Positions 1 to 11,770 of a stretch of DNA of 64,000 nt are shown piece after piece. The notes beneath the pieces are model-generated. The model was given only the letters and a program-made list of their open reading frames with translations, was not told where the DNA came from and did not search any database. A program made the translations under genes and the position numbers. Position 1 is the stretch's first letter. Every line of letters begins with the position of its first letter. Source of the stretch: Azolla caroliniana (taxonomy: Eukaryota; Plantae; Polypodiophyta); assembly GCA_043228905.1 (NCBI GenBank), contig JBHGNT010000013.1:9300001-9364000 (forward strand), in the 5' to 3' direction.

Positions 1-1199
1 TAAGGCACTTCATTTGATGCTGCCATCTCTTTTTATCAAAGATCAAGTGTGTGAAGAATCCAGTACCTCTCTAAGGTAGATCCAATACGATGCATTGATC
101 CCAACTAAATCGAAGTTTAGGGAATCAAGTTCTGATCATGACATTAAGGTTTCTTCTTATGGTCTCATGACATCAAGTTGCACATCTATTTCCTGTTATT
201 TTTCATTCGTGTATGTATGTACATATATAGTAATTGCAGTGTCATGAACCACTCTTGGGACATTTAATGGATGGTTGTTTCACTTTTTCCTTCTTGTTAT
301 TATTCTTGTGTCTAATATATATTCTAGAGCCTTGACCATAAATTATACTTTATGGTTGGATCTAAGAATTAAAGTTTCATACTTTTTACGTCACTATTAC
401 ATTCTTTTCATACACTTAGTGCATGCACAAGTGTGGACACATAACAAGTGGAATTTGTTAACCATCATCGCATCTGCCTTTTAAAGGGGCATGATATCAA
501 TTGTGAGAGATTCAACACCTCGCTAAACATTCTGGTATAAAAACAAAATGGCAATGTCAATGCATTGATCTCATTTATGAACCAAGTTGTTTCGTAGGAA
601 AAATGTGAATATCACAAAGCCTTTGTTTTATCAAAATAAAAATGCCAATGCTAGTGCCAATGGCATAAAGGCTTTATAATATGTATATGCATACATATAC
701 ATAGACCAAAAATCTTGAGTGCACAATCTCAAACTAGAATTTAGAGAGTTGTACACTAAAGGGAAATGTTTGGAAATATGTTCAAATGTTCCGCATATTT
801 CAAAAGGAGTGAAGTACACGAATGTTTCATTCTCCATTCAATTAGACAAGAAGAAAACCACCTCATATGAACACAAAATAACTTAATCCCATGAGCTTAT
901 ATGGTAGATTGTCAAAACACGAAATCAATTATTGCATTCTTTCACAAATCTAAGTCCCTAATCAATAATTAAGGTTTGCATTAATTCTTAGTTAATGAAT
1001 GTTCCTACACTCAAATAAACCACCATTATTATCATGAATTGCTCTTATAATTATGCATTCCAATACCCCAACACCCCTCTCTTAAGTTTTTTCAATAAAT
1101 TCACCAACCCTATAATGTTTCATTCTTGGTATGCTTATTGTACTCCAAACCCCTCAACACTTTCTGCTTAATATAATTTATGACTTTGTAATTCCCTTT

Positions 1200-1280
1200 A
1201 TCCTTAAGGGTTGTCTCAATCCCTAGCATTAAAAATAATCCTCCCTTCTTTACATTCTTAATTAACCATCACACTCTTAT
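1200..1280. repeat. Degraded LTR fragment related to chromovirus element I
   Basis: GGGTTGTCTCAATCCCTAGCATTAAAAATAATCCTCCCTTCTTTACA aligns to GGGTTGTCTCAATCCCGAGGATTAAAAGTAATCCTCCCCTTCTTTACA at ~44718-44766. Confidence 0.7.
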
Positions 1281-1345
1281 GTTCGTAATATATTCCTCCT
1301 CTATAAGACATTGGACTTTTGCAATGAGAAGTTGGGAAAGTTAGT

Positions 1346-1850
1346 TTTCTTTTTTTTTTCCCAAAAAAACCTCCTTCCATTAGTTATAAAGATTTTACAA
1401 ATGAGATTATTATATACAAATCCCTATAGGGACACGATAGGTCCATCTTATGTGGATGCCCACTGCCTCAAGAAAGGGAGAGGATGACCATTGTTGGATA
1501 AACGCTAGTCGTTGTCTTTCAACTCTATTGGAGTCGCCCTTGAGGCCATCATATTGGCTCTTTAGAATGGCTACAACTTCACTCCATATCTCTTGCATTA
1601 ACATTATTGGTTGCACGCTTTGGTTGGAGAAGACCCGTCTACATCGTTGTTTCCGTAGAATCCAAAGAGTTATTGGGCTAACCAAGTCCAACACAACTTG
1701 AGATTTGGCACTAATCGAAGTTAAGTGGATATTGTCGATGGTGGAAAAAAAACCTCTTGTGCTTTTATAACCAAAGTCGTCCCCTCTTCCTGATGCTTAT
1801 ATTTGTCAATTGGGGCTTGCCATAATAGCCAACATACATTCCCCCACTTG
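1346..1850 (-). mobile_element. 5'-truncated L1-like LINE 3' fragment
   Basis: ORF 1410..1694(-) has LWILRKQRCRRVFSN, resembling the W-x-I-W-x-x-R-N/C-x-x-x-F motif at the plant L1 ORF2 C-terminus; A-rich tail on the minus strand at 1346-1359. Confidence 0.5.
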
Positions 1851-2018
1851 ATTGAGCCTTGCTTCCCATAGAGACAGTGTTCACACTAGCTAGTGAACAT
1901 CATAGTAGGCTAGATTTGTAATTAGTAGAAAGGGCACTTGCCCTAGATCAATTGGTATTTAAACCAACCTTTTGTAACTTAGTTACTGTTGGATGTAATA
2001 TATAGTTTATTGTCTAGA

Positions 2019-3997
2019 GAAGGCAAGCGATCTTCAATGTATAAAGGCTGAAATGCTCAAATGGATGGGAAATGAAGCACATATATGGATAAGCGATATG
2101 TTTAATGATGCATTGCAACATGGTATGTCGTACGATTCGACTACAAATTGGATCAAACCTTTACATAAAGCTGGAGATATAAATAATGTAAACAACTATT
2201 GAACCATCATGGTTGGCTCATTAATGGCAAAACTATTTGGATGTATAATGGAATCAAAGATAAGTGTATGGGCTGAAAAAAGTGGTAAGAGAGCTTATGG
2301 ACAAGCTGGCTTTCGGAAACACCATAGCACCATTGATCACCTTATCACCCTTCGAGTATTAATGGAGGAAAGTCGCCTTAGAGGTAAAGGTTTATATTGT
2401 TGCTTTGTGGACTTCAAGAAAGCTTTTGATATGGTACCTCATCAGCATCTTTGGAGGTGAATGGAAGCACTTGAGGTGCCAAGTGAATATATACTTGCAA
2501 TTTCCCGAATTTATGAGAAGGTTATATGTTGTGTGCGCATGAGAGATAAACTTTCAGTTTTTTTCAAAAGCACTATTGGTGTTAAGCAAGGATGCCCACT
2601 CTCACCAACACTATTTGGTCTATGCATTGATGAATTGGAAGAAATGGTTACCAAGTTTGCAAAGGAAGAATGTGTTGAAGAAGTTGCCATTGGGAATGTT
2701 GTGATTATGTTGTTGCTATATGCAGATGATGTAGTGCTTTTTGCAAATACTTTAGGAGATGCACAAAAGCTTATGAAGGCATTGGAAAAATTTTGCATGC
2801 ATACTAAATTAAGTGTCAATAGCTCTAAAACAAAGATTATGCTTGTGAAGAACCAAAAAAAAGATAAACCATCTATTATGTACAACCATGAGCCACTTGA
2901 ATGTGTGGAAAGCTTCAAATATCTTGGCCTTGAAGTTCCTTCAAATCATAGATGGAATGAATGTGCTACACGCTGCTTAGAGGCGGGCAAGCGAGCATAC
3001 TATGCATTTGAGAACACATGCAATCTTGGAGATATTAAGTGTTGGGTCCTCAAGAAATATCTTTTCGACACTTTGGTGACACCGGTTCTTCTCTATGGGG
3101 TGGAAGTATGGGGCGGTAGCATCCCTAAATCTACGTGGAAAGAGTTTGAAAATGTCCAAAAGCATTTTCTTACCAAGTTTCTACAAGTAAAGAAACAAAC
3201 GCCCTACACCCTCCTCCTCCTCGAGACGGGATCGCTTCCCATTGAGATCATGGCCATGGAAAGGGTTGTTGAATACATGTTTAAGGTTCAAAAAAGTCCC
3301 TCACATCGACTTCCTAGAATTGCGTGGGAAGCAAGCAAAAAGATCCAAAAGACGCATAAAAGCAAATTTTTGTGTTCCGGTTGGATGCAAGATATAGAAA
3401 AATAGTTTGGTAGATGGGATGCGAGACACTTGCTTCATGATGCATCATTAGATTCCTCTGTAAATGAGGCATTTTTGCAACGCCAATGTATCATGACATG
3501 GGACAAATGTGGAGGCTCACGCTTCACACATTATACTACACATGTTGCACCTAACTACAAAACCATATTCTTTGCGGAATGGGGAAATTGTACACATCCA
3601 TACATGTTAGAGTCCATACCGTTATCTGCCATTCGAACCATTGCTTCCATGCAACTTAGCTCACATGCATTGCGATGTGAAATAGGGCGTTGGGGTACAA
3701 GTGATGAGAGTGGTCGGCTATGCACACTTTGCCCTAAACAAGTTCGCGAGTCTGAGTATCACACTTTGATACAATGCTCTGCCTTTGATCATATTCGACC
3801 ATGCTTTCCACATCTCTTCGATCGAGCCCAATCTTTGCATGAATTCCTCTCACAACCACAATGTGCACTCTCGATTGCAACATTCATTGGTAAAGTTCTT
3901 GAACATCGAGAGTCACTACTCACTTTCACACGTATCACGTGAAATGTAATATTTTTGGTCTCATAGGTCATATTCGACTTCCGAAGACGATAATATA

Positions 3998-4029
<32 letters not shown>
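2019..4029 (+). mobile_element. 5'-truncated RTE/RTEX-like LINE with (ATCT)8 tail
   Basis: RT motifs QAGFR, FVDFKKAFD, GVKQGCPLSPTLF, LLYADD; C-terminal LRCEIGRW..CTLC..H..C; ends in an ATCT array at 3998-4029. Confidence 0.9.
2020..3942 (+). pseudogene. LINE reverse transcriptase ORF remnant
   Basis: ORFs 2209..2460, 2461..3405 and 3430..3942 share one frame, separated by premature stops. Confidence 0.9.
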
Positions 4030-4068
<39 letters not shown>

Positions 4069-4146
4069 TCATTCTCTCTTGTCTCACGTGCACATACACA
4101 CACACATAGTCCTTCCGCTACACAGAATCACTCTCGATTCTTTACA

Positions 4147-4158
4147 TGGTATCAGAGT
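4147..4158 (+). promoter_or_regulatory. PBS of A (tRNA-iMet)
   Basis: TGGTATCAGAG directly after the LTR end. Confidence 0.9.
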
Positions 4159-4282
4159 GCGTGGTAGCTTGATCCAAGCCCATCGCCTTTACGTGTGTTG
4201 TGCTTGAGCTTGCAGAGAACTGGTTGATTGCTATAGCAACGATTTCTGCACAGCTCGCATCAAGAGTAGAAGAAGTTCGACA

Positions 4283-5393
4283 ATGAACACCCAAATGGGA
4301 AGCACTCTTCCCACTAAGAAGCTTGATAGAACAAACTTCACATCTTGGGAGTACAAGATGCATCAGTTCCTTGTCGAACAAGGTTACTGGAGCTACATTG
4401 GGGGAACTCACGAAACGCAACCCCACCCGACACACACCGACTACCTAGCGTGGGAGCAGGTCGCGAGCCGTGTATTGTATTGTCTTGCGTCATGCATTCA
4501 TGAACACATGATTGGCTATATTTGAGACTCAAAAATGCCGAAAGAAGCTTGGGGAAACCTCAAGAAGATTTTTGCGGCAAATACGGTTGCACGAAAGCTC
4601 CAACTTCAACAAGAGCTAAACAACATGCAAGAGAGGGATATGGCGATCACCATCTATACCTTGAAGATCAAGGAGCTATGTGATGCCCTCGGTTTGATTA
4701 ATGTCGTCATCAACGATGAAGAAATGGTGCAAATATGCCTCAGTGGCTTGACACCTCAATTCGGCACGATCAGATCGGCCATTCTTGCGAGGGAGAACCC
4801 TCCCTCCTTTTTCTACCTTCAATCGATTTTGTTGGTCGAAGAAAATCACGTTCGACAAACAAACAATGCACCTAATGGTCAGATGCTCTACTCACAATTG
4901 GATGATAGAAGAGGATTCAGCCGTGGAAATAGAAGTCGGTTTGAACGAGGTCGACACAGTCGGCCGACCGAAGAGCATAACTCCCACCAGTGGCAAAAGG
5001 ACAGGAACAATCCCAGAGAGTTCAGCAGAAGGGGGAGCCACCCCACTAGACTGAGAAATTGTAACAACCCAATCAAATGCGGGTACTATGGAAAACACGA
5101 CCACTATGAAGAGGAGTGCCGAAAAAATATATGGGCCTCAGCCTCAACTAGCCGACAACTCACGAAATATGCTTCGAATTCCGACTACGACGATCGTGGC
5201 GGGATGTTTGTATTGAGGTATGAAGCACATTCGATATTGGCACAGGCCCCGACTAACACCTCTTCTTTAGATAGCATATGGTTTGTCGACTCGGGAGCAT
5301 CCAATCACATGACGTCCCATGAATATTGGTTCTGAGAATTATGAAAGCCCGATCGACCCGACTATGTCAAAACTAGAGATGATACGACTCACC
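4283..5393 (+). pseudogene. Element A gag/protease (5' part)
   Basis: KLDRTNFTSWEYKM copia gag start, degenerate CCHC knuckle, WFVDSGASNHMT protease motif; internal stops. Confidence 0.9.
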
Positions 5394-5584
5394 TGTTGAA
5401 TACGAGTGTATAATGGCCATATTCACATTGTCCCTTTGGAAAGCCCAAGTTTGGGCCATTTCTATAAATAGCATAAAGGGCAGTTGCCCTAGGATAGTCA
5501 CTATATAAAGTGACTTTGTAACCTTTAGTGAGTGTTGGTTGTCATTTGTAACTGTTGCTATTGGAATATAACATTTCCTTTGTG

Positions 5585-5628
<44 letters not shown>

Positions 5629-5726
5629 TCTCTCTCCCTCTGTGTCTATCTTGCTCATGCATACACAGGTTCTTCTTCATCACGAATGTTGCTTGCACTT
5701 CCGCATTGACGGCCTTGTCCCCAACA
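5394..5726 (+). repeat. Element B 5' LTR with (TC)n tract
   Basis: Matches 10252-10488 plus 21342-21406. Confidence 0.93.
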
Positions 5727-6405
5727 TTTGGTATCAGAGCGTTGGAGGTTCTTCAACCCGCTGTCGGCCGTCATCGCACAACACAACATTCTGTTTTTGT
5801 TTTCTTTGAAGAACAAAGAAGGGAGAAGAAAAACAAAAAACTCGCATCTCACTGTGTTAAATTACAAATTGGAGTAAGCCAGTCAGTTGTACTATTCCTG
5901 TGATTGTAACCGCTTGAGGGGAGCTCCTTGAGCAACAACCGACCCAATCGTGCTTTATTCGGTTAAACAACATCCTAATAGGTCACCAGACGCTATTCAC
6001 CCGCTTGCTGTAACCACCCATTGCAGATTGGTCTCTTGGCAACAACCACTTCGTGCTTCACTCGGCTGATCGACATTCGGGAGGATCAGTTGGATCCGTC
6101 CCTCTCATCGCTGCAGTCATCCGAAGCAGAATCGGCCCAAACAATCGGTTTCGTGTAATCGGTATTCGGCATACAATCGGAAGCTAACCGGGCTCACTCT
6201 GACTCGGCAACATTCGGGAAGACCAACCGGTTCTGTCCCTCAAGTTACCGGAGTCACTCCGAGCAAGTTCAGCAACAAGTATCCGAAACCAAACCGACTC
6301 GGGTTCAGAACCGACTAGAAAGATATCGGGTTAGCCGACTGGCTGCACCCCACTAAGGTTCGTAGTCAACTCCGAACCGAGTCTTACCAACAGAAACCGA
6401 AGTAG

Positions 6406-9400
6406 ATGGCATCAACATCCGGCTCATCGGAGATGCGTCTAAGGAGGTTCGACGGTTCGAACTTCAACTTCTAGAAGGAACAAATGCAGGACTATCTCAT
6501 AATCAAGGGTCAGATAGACCCGATTGAGAATGAAAATCCTCCAGAAGCATACAAGGCAAACAAGTGGCTAAAGCTGGACAGAATCGTCCGCGCCACGATT
6601 CGGATGCACTTGTCGGAGTCAGTGTACTTCACAGTGCAATCATGCACAACAATGTTTGAACTTTGGAAAACACTGTTGGAAACTTATGAAAAGAAGGTTG
6701 CCGCAACGAAGATGTATCTGATCCGGCGCCTCTACAACTTACGGGTGAAAGAATCCGATTTGGTTCAAGCACACCTCAACGAGTACGAAAGCATAACCTC
6801 CCAAATCTCGTCTCAGGGGACGACAATCGAGGATGAACTCAAAGCAATGATACTCATGAGTAGTCGCCCCTCTTCATGGGAAACTTTCGTTACAACCGTG
6901 TACAATGCTTCAACAGCTGCCGTTAAGTACTCCGAAGTCACGAGCGCAATCCTGACTGAAGCAACTCGGAGAAAGTCTTTCGCCAAAGACTCAGTAGATG
7001 AAGCTTACGTAGTACAAGGTTCGATCGACCGATCGAACAACCGGGGAAGAAGTTCTTCCCGACCGCCGAACAATCAATGAAGCCGGAGCAAGTCCCGGGA
7101 CAACTGAATCTGCAACTATTGCAAGAAACCAGGACACATCAAAGCCGACTGCCGGGCACTCAAAGCAAAAACCGACAAAGCTCAGAGAGCGGATTAGAAG
7201 AGTAGCCGGCATGAGGAGGTCAACTACGTCGGCTCCTCAGCCGAAATTTTGATGACTGACCCGAACATACTGTCCATAGAGAACCCAGTCGAATCAAAAG
7301 TTCTACTTACGACTGAGGAATCGAGCATATGGCTCCTAGACTTGGGCGCATCGTATCATGTGACACCTCACCGATCTCAGTTTCGGCAATACTCGGACCA
7401 GCACTCCGACTCAGTTCGAGTCGGAAACTCGCAACACTATGCTATAATCGGAATCGGCACCGTAGAGCTCAATCTTCCGGGAGGCTCTACACTTGTAGTA
7501 CACAACGTCTAACACGTTCCTGAGCTTTCAAGACCCTTGATCTCAGTCGGACAACTTGACGAAGCCGACATTCGTGCCGGATTCTCATCAGGAAGGTGGA
7601 CACTCCACAAAGGGAACCTCCTGCTTGCTCGAGGACCAAAGGTACATTCCTTGTATCCTTTATATGTCACACTCAAAGAGGGTGACTTATTCTTGGTTGA
7701 TATCCCCGTGTCATCGTTATGGCACGGACGACTTGGACACCTCAGCAAGGCCGACATAACGCACCTATCCAGAGCCGGTTACATCCCCAAGCTCTCCTTC
7801 TCGGATCACCAATTCTGCGAGCATTGCCAGTACGGCAAACAGGTAGCCACATCACACCCGACATCAGCACCAAGAGAATCGAGCCCCCTCGATTTAGTCC
7901 ACTCAGACGTCTGTGTCCCGATGCCACATCAATCTCTCGGTGGTGCTTCGTACTTTGTCAGTTTCATTGACGACTCGACTCGGAAGGTGTGGGCTTACCC
8001 CATCAGAACCAAAGATCGGGTGTTCTCGATCTTCTCCGAATGGCTTGCAATGGTCGAAAATCAGACCGGTCGGAAACTGAAATGTCTTCGAATCGACAAT
8101 GGAGGAGAATTCAGGTCTGAAGAATTTGTCAAATTCTACCGGGAACGCGACATCCGACGTGAATATACGGCACTGTGTAGTCCGGAGCAGAACGGAATTG
8201 CTGAATGCATGAATTGGATGATTCAAGAACGCTTAGTATCCATGCGCCAACACTCCGGACTGTCGGATGGCTTCTGGGCGGAGGCTCTACTTACGATAGT
8301 ACACATAATAAATATGTCGCCAAGTAGACCTCTAGGACTTCAAATACCTCAGGAAATATGGACTGGCAGTAAGCCGAATTATGACAAACTGAGGATCTTT
8401 GGTTGCAAGGCGTATGCACTCATACCGAAAGACGACTGCCGGAAACTCGAACCAAGGTAAAGGAAATGTGTTTTTCTTGGATATGGACCCGACGGCGAGA
8501 TCGGATACCGACTCTGGGACCCCGAGCACAGACAAATCATTCGAAGTTCGGACGTCATGTTCAACGAGTTGGCTATGCATAAAACGGCCGAAAGGCCTAT
8601 TGAAGTCCGAAGGGTAATATTTTCCGAAGTGCCAACCCTTCATGACGGCCCAGCCCACAACATGAGATCGGTTTCACGGGTAACAGACAACTCTCGCACC
8701 GAATCCACCGATTTAGCATAGCCGAATGGCTTGGCTCCCGACCATCCGACATTGACACCCGGTGCGACTAGTCCAGTCATACCTCGTAGATCCGAGAGAC
8801 TGTCGCAACCTCCGGAGAGGTACTCTCCCAGAATTTTCTTTACCGATGTCGGCGAACGGACGTCTTACGAAGAAGCATCGGCATCTGCCGATTCAGCCAC
8901 ATGGCATTTGGCAATGGAGTCGGAAATGTACTCCATTTGGGCAAACAAGACTTAGGACTTGGTCGAATTACCGAAGAATCGATGTGCTCTTCCCTGTAAG
9001 TGGGTCTATCGACTAAAAGAGACGTCCGACTCGACCACCCCAAAGTACAAGGCCAGATTAGTTGCGAAGGGATTTAGACAAGAATATGGCGTTGACTTCG
9101 ACGAAATCTTTTCACCAGTGGTGAAAATGACGACCCTCCGTTTCATGCTCGACGTCGTGGCCGCCGAAAACTTGGAGCTGATTCAGCTAGATGTAAAAAC
9201 GACATTCCTCCACGGTGACCTAGAGGAGGAAATCTATATGGAGCAGTCGAAAGGTTTTGTGGTATCCGGCCAAGAACATCTAGTCTACCGACTCAAGAAG
9301 AGTTTATACGACCTGAAACAGGCACCCCGACAGTGGTACAAGAAGTTTGACGACTTCATCCAGTCGGTCGGCTTCTCCAAGAGGGATGAGGACGACTGTC

Positions 9401-10032
9401 TCTTCACCAAAACAGCTCAAGACGGGTCTCTCGTCTTCCTCATCATCTACGTGGACAACATGCTACTCTCCGGTCGGCATGCCGGAGAGCTCACCGAACT
9501 TGTTCGGCAACTGCGGTTGAAGTTTGCCATGAAGGACCTTGGTTTGGCAAGACACATACTTGGTATGAAGATTAGTCGGTATCGTGATACACGACAACTT
9601 TTCTTGTCTCAAACTGACTACATCGGACGTGTCTTAGAACGCTTCAACATGCAATCGGCCAAGTCTGCTTCGACCGCGCTCCCCATCAACCTTCGGTTGT
9701 CTCAGTGAGACTGTCCGACATCCGGTCCGGAGGGGGAAGATATGAAGTCAGTACCGTATACACCGGCAGTCAGCTCCCTCATGTACGCGATGGTCGCGAC
9801 ACGGCCTGATATTTCTCACGCCGTAGGAATCGTTAACAGATTCATGCACAACCCCGACCAATCGCACTGGAACGCAGTCAAGCATGTGTTCAGATATCTA
9901 GCTAGCACAAAGGACCACGACATTCTTTTTGGCCCGAACTCAACCTTAGATGTAGTCGGTTTTACTGACTCGGACTTCGCCGACTGTGTGGACGGTCGGA
10001 AATCAACAACCGGATATTGTTTCAAATTCGGC
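6406..10032 (+). pseudogene. Element B gag-PR-INT-RT, RNase H truncated
   Basis: ORFs 6484..7080 (gag), 7249..7512 (PR), 7537..8460 (INT, DLVHSDV), 8959..9708 (RT, YKARLVAKG), 9742.. ; homology ends after KSTTGYCFKFG. Confidence 0.9.
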
Positions 10033-10251
10033 ACACACAACACAGGATGGTTTCGGACACACAATACAAGATGGTTTCGGACCACCGACATCGGTTCTCT
10101 GAGGATTGGCTTTAGCTCTTCCAACCCGACCGGTTCGGTCCTCTGTCTTCGGATCTTACCAACTCTGACAAAACCGATCTATCCGATAAACCTTGTATAT
10201 ATACCTGTAATTCTTTAGATAACCTGGATGTATACACCCATTACGGGGGAG

Positions 10252-10488
10252 TGTTGAATACGAGTGTATAATGGCCGTATTCACATTGTCTCTTTGGACA
10301 ACCCAAGTTTGGGCCATTTCTGTAAATAGCATAAAGGGTAGTTGCCCTAGGATAGTCACTATATAAAGTGACTTTGTAACCTTTAGTGAGTGCTGGTTGT
10401 CATTTGTAACTATTGCTATTGGAATATAACGTTTCCTTTGTGCCTCTCTCTCTCTCTCTCCCTTTGTGTCTATCTTGCTCATGCATAC
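10252..10488 (+). repeat. Element B 3' LTR, first part
   Basis: Direct repeat of 5394-5664; remainder at 21342-21406. Confidence 0.92.
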
Positions 10489-10495
10489 TATGCAT

Positions 10496-11319
10496 CATGG
10501 TTGTTTACGTACCCGTATTTAACGTTTAAATACGTAGAGTACCTCATCATTTGTATAGTACGTACTATACCTCAATGTTGTTCAATCAAATATCATGTAC
10601 ATTTGTCCAATACAATATTTAACGTATTTATAAAAAAACAGGTATAATACGTATTTATAAAGAAAATGCAAGTAAAACCCTAACAAAAAGCAAAAGAAAA
10701 AAAAGATTTTAGTGAAAAAGAAGCCAAAGGAAGGAAGAAAGAAGAATAGAAGAGACGACGATGAAGAAGATGAAGAAGAAGAGAGAAAAGAAGACATAAA
10801 CCTGTCTTGAGTGTGATGATCGCAGAAGATAGAAGAAAAAGAAGAAGAAAACGAAGAAAAGAGAAACCTATCATGAGTGCGATAATCATAGACGATTCCT
10901 CAATCTATGAAGGCATAATTGTAAATAATTACAATTTGAAGTAGAACATCGTGATACACATTTACCCTGATTTATAGAATAAGGGAATGTCAACATCCAT
11001 ATTACTACAAGTACTTTAGGATGTGAAATGTTCAAATGTCTTATATGCATTTTAGGATGTAGAACTATATTGTACATCACAAAATTGTGTAAACATAGAG
11101 GTTTTTTACAATATTATAGATATTTATTAGAAAATAATTTTCAAATTCTAGAAGTATTTAACATACTATACGTAAAATACGTATTTACGTATTTGATAAG
11201 TATTTAACATATTAAGAAAACGTATTTAACGTATTTTTAAATTGGGAGGTACTATATGGGTATTAATACGTTAAATACGTATGGTATCCGTACCGTACCT
11301 AACGTACCTAACAACCTTG
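10496..11319. mobile_element. Non-autonomous hAT-like TIR element (MITE)
   Basis: Imperfect TIRs CATGGTTGTTTACGTAC / GTACCTAACAACCTTG; 8-bp duplication ATGCATAC (10481-10488, 11320-11327); many subterminal TACGTA/CGTATT motifs; absent from B's 5' LTR. Confidence 0.8.
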
Positions 11320-11329
11320 ATGCATACAC

Positions 11330-11720
11330 TGTTGTCTGCCTGGCCGGACTAGCCTCAACACAGGTGTCTATCCGACACTTCTCCAAAGGGGTGGTAAGGA
11401 TTGGATACTAGGTTACACGCGTAAGATTATTACAATTAAGCACAGACGGTAAAACAATACAGAGATATAGATAAACACGCAATAATTCTATTTGTATTAC
11501 TTCCGTCAAACCCTTTACAAATCATCGGATCCTTTTATAGGCATCCGACAAGGTTACAATCGGTGCGCTTAGGCAACCGACATCCGAATCGGTCCGGATC
11601 CGGATCGGTACAACTGTACCGGATTCGTCCCTCCGAATAATAATTCTACTATCATTTACTTCCTATTATCCGATCCGACTCTGCCTTCCCACTTGTCCTT
11701 GCTCTTCTGACCGGCCAACA
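11330..11720 (-). repeat. Element C 3' LTR
   Basis: 391-bp direct repeat of 20951-21341; CTATAAAAG on the minus strand at ~11532-11540. Confidence 0.96.
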
Positions 11721-11722
11721 CA

Positions 11723-11762
11723 TGGCACGCCCGTGGGAAAGTGCCTTGCACTTCGAATCCAC
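11723..11762 (-). promoter_or_regulatory. tRNA-Arg(UCU) 3'-part-like motif at the PPT position of C
   Basis: Sense strand GTGGATTCGA-AGTGCAAGGCACT-TTCCCACGGGCGTGCCA-TG then the LTR; no purine tract. Confidence 0.85.
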
Positions 11763-11770
11763 TCCCGGCC

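Larger units (their letters stand above)
1851..4146 (+). repeat. Element A 5' LTR, interrupted by LINE 2019-4029
   Basis: 1862-2018 matches 24420-24544 plus 30223-30254; 4030-4146 matches 30255-30354; ends TACA before the PBS. Confidence 0.9.

Noticed and set aside
1-1200. Host gene exons in the AT-rich left flank
   Set aside because: Short ORFs with no recognisable domain or supported splice structure
11723-11762. True tRNA gene
   Set aside because: Only the 3' ~30 nt are present, interrupted, with no D or anticodon arm
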